From: an uncultured Chloroflexia bacterium
GTDB lineage: Bacteria > Chloroflexota > Dehalococcoidia > UBA2979
DNA length: 64,000 bases
Reading direction: 5' to 3'
Assembly (NCBI GenBank): GCA_963728205.1
Contig: CAVSIV010000001.1
Location: forward strand, 448,001-512,000
Part shown: positions 56,221 through 64,000 of the stretch, piece after piece
Layout: each line of letters starts with the position of its first letter
Position numbering within the stretch: position 1 is the first letter of the stretch
Made by a program: the position numbers and the translations under genes
The notes under the pieces: generated by a model
Database searches by the model: none
What the model was told of the DNA's origin: nothing
The model's input: only the letters and a program-made list of their open reading frames with translations

Positions 56221-57414
56221 GTGGTCGAGGTCGGTGGCGGCGGCGGGGCGGACCGCGACGCCGCGGTCGTGGTGGTGGGCGCCGGCGTGGTGGGCCTCGC
56301 GGTCGCGGCGCGCCTCGCCGAGCGCCACAGCGTGATCGTCCTCGAGCGGAACGACTCCTTCGCGCGCGAGACCAGTTCGCACAACACCGGCATCGTGCAC
56401 GCCGGCATGTTCTACGTGACCGGCTCGCTGAAGCACCGGCTCTGCCTCGAGGGCAACCGGCTGATGTACGCGTGGTGCGAGGCGCACTCGGTGCGCTGCG
56501 AGCGCACCGGCAAGCTGATCGTGGCGCTCTCCGCCGACGACCTCGGCGGGCTCGACGCGCTCATGGACCGCGCCGAGCGCAACGGCGTCCCGGGGATGTC
56601 GCGGCTCGACGGCGCGCGGGCGCGCGCGATGGAGCCGGCGATCCCCGCGGTCGCCGCGCTGTACTCGGAGACGTCGGGCGTGGTCGACCAGTGGGGGTAC
56701 GCGCGCTCGCTGGAGGCGGCGGCACGCGCGCACGGCGCGCTCGTCGCGTACCGCCACGCGCTGCGCGCGGTCGAGCGGGACGGCGACGGCTTTCGCCTGC
56801 GCCTCGCGGACCCGGACGGCGCGGACGCCGAGCTGCGCTGCGGCGTGCTGGTCAACGCCGCCGGCCACGGCGCGCCGGGGGTGGCGGCGGCGCTCGGCTA
56901 CCCGCTCGACGGCAATCGCGCGCGCGACGTGCCGCCGCTGCGGCAGCGCGCGAACAAGGGCCGCTACTACGACTTCGCGCGTCCGGAGCTCGCACGGGTG
57001 GTGTCGCGGCCGGTCTACCCAATCCCGCCGCAGGCGAAGACGGTGCTCGGCCACCAGGCGTCGGCCGGCGGGCTGGGCATGCACCTCAGCGTCGACATCG
57101 ACGGGGTCGCGCACCTCGGTCCCGACACCGAGTGGCTCGCCGACGACGCGCCGCGCGACTACCGCGCCGACGACACGCGCCGCGCGTCGTTCGTCGAGGC
57201 GGGGCGGCGGATGCTGCCGGACCTCGCACCCGACGACCTCGTGCCGGGGCAGGTGGGGTACCGGCCGAAGCTCGTCGGCGATCCCGGCAGCGACGCACCG
57301 CCGGACTTCCTGATCTGGCCGGACCGCGGGTACGTGCACCTGGGCGGCATCGAGTCGCCCGGGCTCACGTCGAGCCTCGCGATCGCGCGCGATGTGAGCG
57401 ACATCGTCGGCTGA
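56221..57414 (+). CDS. FAD-dependent oxidoreductase, L-2-hydroxyglutarate oxidase-like
   Basis: VGAGVVG, ETSSHNTG.VHAG, KG.YY, VYP.P, GYRPK, GIESPGLTSS. Confidence 0.85.
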   Translation: MVEVGGGGGADRDAAVVVVGAGVVGLAVAARLAERHSVIVLERNDSFARETSSHNTGIVHAGMFYVTGSLKHRLCLEGNRLMYAWCEAHSVRCERTGKLIVALSADDLGGLDALMDRAERNGVPGMSRLDGARARAMEPAIPAVAALYSETSGVVDQWGYARSLEAAARAHGALVAYRHALRAVERDGDGFRLRLADPDGADAELRCGVLVNAAGHGAPGVAAALGYPLDGNRARDVPPLRQRANKGRYYDFARPELARVVSRPVYPIPPQAKTVLGHQASAGGLGMHLSVDIDGVAHLGPDTEWLADDAPRDYRADDTRRASFVEAGRRMLPDLAPDDLVPGQVGYRPKLVGDPGSDAPPDFLIWPDRGYVHLGGIESPGLTSSLAIARDVSDIVG

Positions 57415-57444
57415 GGGCGTGGTGCCGCCCGGTGGTTCGCGCGC

Positions 57445-58636
57445 CTATGACGCGCGGACGGCGGCGGCGAGCGCGCCGGCGAGGTCGCCGCGAGGCTCGA
57501 TCGCCACGTGTTCGAGCGCGAGCCAGTCGGCCATCGCGCGCAACTCGCCGGCGAGCGCGGCCGCGACGGCGTCGCCGGCCTCGCCGGGCTCCGCGTGCGC
57601 GCCGCGCACGCGGAGCGCGCCGGCCGCGCGGTCGGCCTTGAGGTCGACGCGGGCGGCGAGCCGCTCGTCGAACACGAACGGCAGCACGTAGTAGCCGAAG
57701 CGGCGCTGCGGTCCGGGCGTGTAGATCTCGATGCGGTAGTGGAAGTCGAAGAGCCGCTCGACGCGCTGGCGGCTCCACATCAGCGGGTCGAACGGGGCGA
57801 CGAGCGCGCTCGCCGAGATGCGGCGCGGCAGGCGCGCGCCGGCGTGCAGATAGGCGCGTTCGCGCCAGCCCTCGACGCGCACCGGCAGCAGCCGGCCGTC
57901 GGCGACCAGCCCGGGGAGCGCCGCGCGCACGTCCGACTGCAGCAGTCCGTAGTACTCGCTGAGAATCGCGGACGGTGGCGACGCCGCAGGCGCGTGCCGC
58001 CTGGAGCACGAGCGCGCGCTGCGCCTCGCGCGCGGGAGGCGGCTCCGCGTAGAGGACGTCGTGCGGGATGACGCGCTCCGGGACGTCGTAGACGCGCGTG
58101 AAGTTCGGCCGGCTGTGCGCCGCGACGTGGCCGGCGTCGAACAACGCCTCGAGCGCCTGCTTGCCTCGGCTGTACCCCCACCACGGGCCGCTGCGCGCGC
58201 CGGGATCGGAGAGCGCCGACGCGGGGAGAGGGCCGTGCGCGCGCACCTCGGAGAGCACTGACGCGACATAATCACTCTCGCGTGCGGCCCAGCGCTTCCA
58301 CCGGCGCTCGGCGCGCTGCGCCATGCGATGGCGGAAGAGCGGGTAGAGGTGCATCGGGATGAGGCAGGCGGCGTGGCCCCAGTACTCGAAGAGCTCGCGC
58401 CGGCGATAGGCGAGGTCGTCGAGCAGCGCGGCCGGGTACGGCCCGAGGCGAGAGAAGAACGGTAGGTAGTGGGCCCGCGCGAGCACGTTCACGGAGTCCA
58501 TCTGGATGAGGCCGAGCCGGTCGACGACGCGCCGCAGGTGGCGGGCGTCGACGCGCCCGCGTGGGCGCGGCTCGGCGAAGCCCTGCGCGGCGAGGGCGAT
58601 GCGGCGCGCCTCGGCGATCGAGAGGTCGGTCTTCAC
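57445..58636 (-). CDS. YcaQ/AlkZ (HTH_42) crosslink-repair DNA glycosylase-like protein (1-nt insertion at about 57965)
   Basis: IQMDSVNVLARAHY, FEYWGHAA in one frame; PFDPL.W.R, YRIEIYTP..QR.FGYY, RVDLKADR in the other. Confidence 0.88.
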
Positions 58637-58688
58637 GCGCGTGAGCCTAGCGCGCCGGGCGGCCCGCCGGGCAGGCCCGGGCGCCGCG

Positions 58689-59132
58689 TCAGCTCCCGGC
58701 GGGGCCGCCGGGGAGATAGTGCGTGGTGGTCACGGCGGCGACGAGGGCGCCCGCCTCGTCGCGGACCTTCGTCTCGACGACGGCCGTGGTGCGGCCGACA
58801 TGCAGCGGCACGGACTCGGCGCGCAGGGTGGTGTCGCGTCGGGCGCGCATCACGTTGCCGCTGACCTGGATGCCGAGCGGGAAGCGGGCGGGGTCGAGCG
58901 CGTCAGGGTCGAGGCCGTCGCGCTCGGCGAGCGCCGACCGGAGCAGGTTCGTGGCGGCCGAGTCGGCGAGCGCGAGGATCGCGCCGGCGTGGAAGAGGCC
59001 GAGCGGCTGGGTAGCGGCGGCCGAGTAGGGCATCTCGATCACGCACCGCCCGGCGCTGCGCTCGACGACGCGCAGGCCGAGCGTGGTCAGGAGGTTGTCG
59101 GGCGGGCTCGCCCCGCCGTTCGGCTCGGTCAT
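58689..59132 (-). CDS. PaaI family thioesterase
   Basis: TQPLGLFHAG..LALADS, HVGRTT.V. Confidence 0.88.
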   Translation of the reverse strand: MTEPNGGASPPDNLLTTLGLRVVERSAGRCVIEMPYSAAATQPLGLFHAGAILALADSAATNLLRSALAERDGLDPDALDPARFPLGIQVSGNVMRARRDTTLRAESVPLHVGRTTAVVETKVRDEAGALVAAVTTTHYLPGGPAGS

Positions 59133-60745
59133 GCGCTGCCTCCATCCGCGCCGTCGACACCGGCGAGTGCTGCCACCGGGGCTGCCCCCGGCACGGCCGC
59201 GACGGCGGCGGTCTCCACCGCGTGCGCCCCCGCCTCGGCCTCCACGCCCGTCTCCGCCGCGCGGGGGCGGATGAAGAACGACGCGCCCGCGGCGATGAGG
59301 GCCATCAGCGACATCGCCTTCGCGATCGCGATGAATCCGTCCAGGATGCCCTGCTGCACCACCGCGTGCGCGGCGCCCGGCGCGGCGTTGACGAAGTGGG
59401 CGGCCGCCTCGAGGACGGCCGGCGTCGCCGCCCCGCCCGACGCGGCGGCCAGCTGCGGCGCGAGCGTGCCCTGCACGTGCTGCGCGTACACCGCCCCGAG
59501 CACCGTGACGCCGACCGCCGTGCCCACCTGGCGCGCCATCGTCAGCGTGCCCGACGCCAGCCCCGACCGCGCCTGCGGCACGGCGTGCATCACGGCGAAC
59601 GAGCTGGCCGACATGAACAGCCCGATGCCCAGGCCGCGCGCCACGTACGCCGGCAGCAGGCCGTCGAGGTAGCCGCTCGCCGTCGTGAGCCGCAGCAGCA
59701 GCAGCGCGGATGCCACCACCGACGCCGCGGCGAACATCAGCAGCAGGTGGATGCGGTGGCCGAGCCGCTGGCCGAGCACGCCGGAGACCGGCATCAGCAC
59801 CGCGACGAGCGCCGTCGCCGGGAGGAACGCGAGTCCGCCCTCGAGCGGCGAGAAGCCCCAGTAGTTCTGCATGAACAGGCTGCCGAACGGCTGCATGCCG
59901 AACACGGTCGCGGAGAACAGGAACGCGGCGAGCGACGCGGCGACGAACGTGCGGTTGCGGAACAGCGTGAGGTCGACGAGCGGAGCGGCGACGCGTCGCT
60001 CGACCTGGACGAACGTCGCGATCAGCGCCGCGCCCGCGGCGAGCGCGATCAGGGTCGCGGGCGCCGTCCAGCCGAGCTCGCTGCCGCGCGTGATCGCGAA
60101 GAGCACGAGGAACAGGCCGAGTGAGAGGGTGGCGAATCCAGCCCAGTCGATGCGGCGAGAGGCGGTCTCGTCGCGCGTCTCGGGCACCCACAGCGCCGTC
60201 ATCGCGATCGCGATCAGGCCGACCGGGACGTTGACGAGGAACACGAGCCGCCACGCGCCGAGCTGCACGAGCAGTCCGCCCAGCAGCGGGCCGGCGATCA
60301 GGCCGAGCCCGGACACGCCGCCCCAGATCCCGATCGCCAGGCCGTGCTCTCGCGGGGGGAACGCGTGGGTGATGATCGAGAGCGTGCCGGGCATCATCAC
60401 GGCCGCGCCGGCGCCCTGGAGCACGCGCGCGGCGATCAGCCACTCGACCGACGGCGCGAGACCGGACGCGAGCGACGAGCCGATGAACACCACGAGCCCG
60501 ACGAGGTAGACCCGTCGCCGCCCGAGGATGTCGCCGAGCCGGCCCATCGCGATCGGCATCACGCCGAGCACGAGCACATACGCCGAGACCACCCACTCGA
60601 CGAGCCCGAGCCCCGCGTGGAAGTCGCGCGCGATGGTCGGGAGCGCGACGTTCACCACGAACGTGTCGATCATCAGCATCGCCAGGCCGACGCACATCGC
60701 GGCGAGCACGCGCCACTTCCGAGCACGGGGGGCGGTCGTGGCCAT
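59129..60745 (-). CDS. MFS DHA2 (EmrB/QacA-like) efflux pump
   Basis: DTFVVNVALP, GRLGDILGRR, GPLLGG, WRLVFLVNVPVG; about 14 TM. Confidence 0.93.
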   Translation of the reverse strand: MATTAPRARKWRVLAAMCVGLAMLMIDTFVVNVALPTIARDFHAGLGLVEWVVSAYVLVLGVMPIAMGRLGDILGRRRVYLVGLVVFIGSSLASGLAPSVEWLIAARVLQGAGAAVMMPGTLSIITHAFPPREHGLAIGIWGGVSGLGLIAGPLLGGLLVQLGAWRLVFLVNVPVGLIAIAMTALWVPETRDETASRRIDWAGFATLSLGLFLVLFAITRGSELGWTAPATLIALAAGAALIATFVQVERRVAAPLVDLTLFRNRTFVAASLAAFLFSATVFGMQPFGSLFMQNYWGFSPLEGGLAFLPATALVAVLMPVSGVLGQRLGHRIHLLLMFAAASVVASALLLLRLTTASGYLDGLLPAYVARGLGIGLFMSASSFAVMHAVPQARSGLASGTLTMARQVGTAVGVTVLGAVYAQHVQGTLAPQLAAASGGAATPAVLEAAAHFVNAAPGAAHAVVQQGILDGFIAIAKAMSLMALIAAGASFFIRPRAAETGVEAEAGAHAVETAAVAAVPGAAPVAALAGVDGADGGSA

Positions 60746-60773
60746 CGGAGCCTGCCTTCGCTATGCGAGCCGC

Positions 60774-60815
60774 AAGTGACTTAAATAAGTGATAGTCACT
60801 ACTTGGCGACAAGTC
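60774..60815. promoter_or_regulatory. AT-rich operator region between MFS and HxlR-type regulator
   Basis: AGTGACT-N12-AGTCACT and ACTT-N-AAGT palindromes. Confidence 0.55.
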
Positions 60816-60838
60816 AACCGCGTGGGTATGCTCGGCTC

Positions 60839-61198
60839 ATGGCGCGCACCTACCAGAAGCAGCAGGCGTGTCCGATCGCGCGGTCGCTCGACATCATCGG
60901 AGAGCGCTGGACGATGCTCGTCGTGCGCGACCTGCTGCGCGGGCACAGGCGGTTCAACGAACTGCTCGAGTCGCTCACCGGGATCTCGCCGAACCTGCTG
61001 TCGGACCGGCTGAAGACGCTCGAGGAGCACGGGATCGTCGAGCGGTCCTTTTACAGCGACCACCCGCCGCGCGCGGAGTACCAGCTCACCGAGAAGGGGC
61101 AGGCGCTCGGCCCGGCGATGCGCGCGCTCTTCGACTGGGGTGAGCGCTACGAGCCCCGCGCCACACATGCCGCCGCACGGAGCACGCCCGAGTCCTGA
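60839..61198 (+). CDS. HxlR family transcriptional regulator
   Basis: CPIARSLDIIGERW, RRFNEL, GIS...LSDRL..LE, PPRAEYQLTEKG. Confidence 0.92.
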   Translation: MARTYQKQQACPIARSLDIIGERWTMLVVRDLLRGHRRFNELLESLTGISPNLLSDRLKTLEEHGIVERSFYSDHPPRAEYQLTEKGQALGPAMRALFDWGERYEPRATHAAARSTPES

Positions 61199-61205
61199 GC
61201 GCGCC

Positions 61206-61934
61206 TCAGCGCTGCGAGATCGTCGATGCGCCCGTGGTCGACACGCTCCCGAGCGACGCCCCTCCGCCATAGAGGAGGCGCGACGCGCCCGAGAGGTCCA
61301 CGCGATCGATCGCGCCGCTGACCGTCACGTCCGCACTCGTGGCTCCGCTGAGCTCCACCGTCGCGTGCTGCAGCGTGCAGTCCCCCAGCGTGATCCGGCT
61401 GGCGCCCGAGCCCTTGAGCGACGCGGCGTCCGCGTGGCCGCTGAGGTCGACGCGGCTGGCGCCCGAGACGTCGACGCTCAGCTTCGCGCCCGCGACGTCG
61501 CCGCTCACCGTGCTCGCGCCCGACGCCGTGAGGTCGACCGTCCCGATCGACGTGAAGCCGGACATCGTCGCCCGGCTTGCGCCGCTGGCCGTCAGCGCGT
61601 CGAGCTCCGGCATCGTCACCTTCGCCCCGAGTGTGGTGGTCCCGATGAGCGTCGTGCCGTTGCGCATGCCGATGCGGAGCGTCGCGCCATCGCGCTCGAC
61701 CAGGATGTCGTCGAAGACGTTGTCGTCGGCGGTGACCGAGACTGCGAAGGTGTCGCCGCGTGAAACGTCCAGCTGGAACGCGCTCGACACGTCGACCGAG
61801 CGGAAGCCCGCGAGATCGTACGTGCGCGTCACGGCGTGGCCGGAGCCCGTGATCGCGTGTCCGCCGACATTCACGCCGCAGGCCACCGCGAGGAGCAGCA
61901 TCGCCTCGATCAACACGCACGCCAGCGCCCGCAT
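61206..61934 (-). CDS. DUF2807/GIN-domain beta-helix lipoprotein
   Basis: AVAC lipobox, ITGSG, ADDN, repeated SGAS. Confidence 0.88.
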   Translation of the reverse strand: MRALACVLIEAMLLLAVACGVNVGGHAITGSGHAVTRTYDLAGFRSVDVSSAFQLDVSRGDTFAVSVTADDNVFDDILVERDGATLRIGMRNGTTLIGTTTLGAKVTMPELDALTASGASRATMSGFTSIGTVDLTASGASTVSGDVAGAKLSVDVSGASRVDLSGHADAASLKGSGASRITLGDCTLQHATVELSGATSADVTVSGAIDRVDLSGASRLLYGGGASLGSVSTTGASTISQR

Positions 61935-62056
61935 GCTGTCCTCCCGTTCGCCGCGGCACGGGGCGAGGTCTCCACCCTAGGCGGCGTCGCGCCGCCCGGG
62001 CAGGGCGGTTCGTCGGTTTGCGGGGCGGACGAACGGCCCCGTGCGCCGGAGGGCGA

Positions 62057-63049
62057 TCAGCGCGGGGAGTCACCGCGTCGGTACTCGGCCGTCGCGTCGT
62101 CGAGTCGCGACTTGAGATCGGGGGACAGCGTCGCCTCCGCCGCGGCGAGGGTGGCGTCGAGCTGCTCGGGGCGGCTCGCGCCGACGATCGGCGCCGTGAT
62201 CACGGGGTTCGCCAGCACCCACGCGACGGCGAGCGTCGTCATGTCCATGCCGGCCTCCACGGCCAGCGGGCGCAGCTCCTCGACGGTGGCGAACTCGCGC
62301 TCGTGCCAGTAGCGGTCCTGGTAGCGCGGCCCGGCATTGCCGAGCGTGAAGCGCGATCCCTCCTCCGGACCGTCTTCGCGGCGGTGCTTGCCCGTGAGCA
62401 GGCCGCCGGCGAGCGGGTTGTAGGGGATCACGCCCACGCCCTCCTCGGCGCACAGCGGCAGCAGCTCGCGCTCGATCTCGCGGAAGAGCAGGTTGTAGCG
62501 CGGCTGCACGGAGTCGAAGCGAACGACCCCGAGCGTCTCGGAGCGGCCGATGGCGCGCGCCAGCCGGTACGCGAGGAAGTTCGACGCGCCCACGTACCGC
62601 ACCTTGCCGGCGCGCACCACGTCCTCGAGCGCGCGCACCGTCTCGTCGAGCGGCGTGCGCGGGTCGTCGCCGTGCAACTGGTAGAGGTCGATGTAGTCGG
62701 TCTGCAGCCGCCGCAGCGAGGCGTCGACGGCGTCGAGGATGTGCTTGCGCGAGTTGCCCTGGTCCCACGCCTGCGGGCCCATGCGGCCGCTGCACTTCGT
62801 GGCCACGACGAACGACTGGCGCTTGCCCTGCAGCCAGCGGCCGACGACCTCCTCGGTGCGGCCGACCGTCTCGAGGCCGCCGCCGAGCGGGTAGACATCC
62901 GCGGTGTCGAGGAAGGTGATGCCGCCGTCGGCGGCGCGATCGAGGATGGCGTGCGAGGTGGGCTCGTCGCACTGCAGGCCGAAGGTCATCGTGCCGAGGC
63001 AGAGGCGGGAGACCTGCAGGCCGGTGCGGCCGAGGCGGGTGTGTCGCAT
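62057..63049 (-). CDS. Aldo/keto reductase
   Basis: LGRTGLQVSRLCLGTMTFG, DTADVY, SLRRLQTDYIDLYQLH, GKVRYVGASN. Confidence 0.95.
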   Translation of the reverse strand: MRHTRLGRTGLQVSRLCLGTMTFGLQCDEPTSHAILDRAADGGITFLDTADVYPLGGGLETVGRTEEVVGRWLQGKRQSFVVATKCSGRMGPQAWDQGNSRKHILDAVDASLRRLQTDYIDLYQLHGDDPRTPLDETVRALEDVVRAGKVRYVGASNFLAYRLARAIGRSETLGVVRFDSVQPRYNLLFREIERELLPLCAEEGVGVIPYNPLAGGLLTGKHRREDGPEEGSRFTLGNAGPRYQDRYWHEREFATVEELRPLAVEAGMDMTTLAVAWVLANPVITAPIVGASRPEQLDATLAAAEATLSPDLKSRLDDATAEYRRGDSPR

Positions 63050-63100
63050 GAGGGGGCTCCGTTCGGTGCGTGGCGAGGATCGCACGGGACGCCCCGAGCG

Positions 63101-63388
63101 TCTCGTCGCAAGCGGCGGCAGACACGCCGCCGATTCCAGGCGGGCAGAAGCCCGCCGCTGATGTCGGTGGCATGTCTGCCGCCGCTGTGGCGGATGTTCG
63201 CCCGCGGGAAGTCGGCGGCGTGTCTGCCGCCGCTGTGGCGGGTGTGCGCCCGCGGGAAGTCGGCGGCGTGTCTGCCGCCGCTGTGGCCGGTGTGCGCCCG
63301 CGGGAAGTCGGCGGCGTGTCTGCCGCCGCTGTGGCCGGTGTGCGCCCGCGGGAAGTCGGCGGCGTGTCTGCCGCCGCTTGCCACGAGA
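63101..63388. repeat. BIME-like array: one forward plus five reverse REP-like copies with 48-bp period
   Basis: GTCGGCGGCGTGTCTGCCGCCGCT (first copy with 2 variants) at 63163, 63211, 63259, 63307, 63355; about 33-bp terminal inverted repeats. Confidence 0.92.
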
Positions 63389-63419
63389 CTCCGGTGCGGT
63401 CGCGCGTGACAATGCGGCG

Positions 63420-64000
63420 ATGAGCCAACGCGCGCGTGGCATCCTCGGCGGGGCGACACGGACCGTGCTGCTGCTCGGGCTCGTCTCGCTGCTCACCGAC
63501 GTCTCGTCGGAGATGACGCTCAACGTCCTGCCGATCTTCCTCTCCGGCACGCTCGGCATCTCGGTCGCGACCATCGGCGTGATCGAAGGGGTGGGCGAGA
63601 GCACGGCCGCGGTGGTGCGGCTGTTCGCCGGCCAGCTATCCGACCGCCTGCCGCGTCGGTTGCCGCTCGTGATGGGCGGCTACGGGATCTCCGCCGCGAC
63701 GAAGCCGCTGTTCGCGCTCGTCACCGGGCCGTGGCTCGCCGGCTGGCTGCGCTTCGCCGACCGCGTCGGCAAGGGCGTGCGCACGCCGCCGCGCGACGCG
63801 CTGATCGCGGACGTGGCCAGCCAGGCGCGGCGCGGGCTGGCCTTCGGCATTCATCGCGCCTCGGACACGGCCGGGGCGGTGCTCGGGCTGCTCGGCGCCG
63901 CGTTCGTCGTGTGGATCGCCGGCGGCGGCATGGAGCTCTCGCGCGGCGAGTTCCAGCGCGTCGTCCTCGTGGCGACGGTACCGGCCGCCCTGGCGGTGCT
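63420..64000 (+). CDS. MFS transporter, 3' end outside window
   Basis: Hand translation MSQRARG...VSLLTDVSSEM...IEG.GE...LSDR...DRVGKG.RTPPRDALIAD...FGIHRASDT.GA. Confidence 0.9.
   Translation, partial: MSQRARGILGGATRTVLLLGLVSLLTDVSSEMTLNVLPIFLSGTLGISVATIGVIEGVGESTAAVVRLFAGQLSDRLPRRLPLVMGGYGISAATKPLFALVTGPWLAGWLRFADRVGKGVRTPPRDALIADVASQARRGLAFGIHRASDTAGAVLGLLGAAFVVWIAGGGMELSRGEFQRVVLVATVPAALAV

Noticed and set aside
63101-63388. Possible CRISPR array
   Set aside because: Intervening sequences are near-identical rather than unique spacers, one copy is inverted, the motif recurs as intergenic doublets, and no cas genes are in the window

Overview
Very GC-rich bacterial chromosomal window. Gene content (many class III CoA-transferases, an LLM oxidoreductase, DinB proteins, stand-alone HDOD proteins, GAAC-N4-GTTC LexA boxes, many apparently leaderless genes) suggests Chloroflexota, probably Dehalococcoidia-like; this is inference. 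It is mostly housekeeping and metabolic: fba, miaB with tRNA-Ser(GCT), nrtR and nadA/B/C, rmuC, sucCD, serS, greA-lysS, htrA-rsmD-coaD, leuS and transporters. No integrase, transposase or CRISPR array was seen. The best signals are in features the ORF track misses: (1) a 27-aa leader peptide upstream of leuS whose Leu-codon run is complementary to the leuS ribosome-binding region; (2) a 55-aa single-TM protein behind a sigma70 promoter with two LexA boxes; (3) an intrinsic terminator in the greA leader; (4) tandem NrtR operators over the nadA promoter; (5) a LuxR / CxCxCH protein / HDOD module with a compositionally distinct sensor region; (6) a small-protein/ApbE/ferric-reductase-like flavinylation operon; (7) a 7Fe-ferredoxin fused to a membrane-anchored PD-(D/E)XK-like domain; (8) REP-like palindrome families. 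Several frameshifts recur at CGATCT and are probably systematic sequencing errors. All product calls come from motif recognition by eye; no database search was run.
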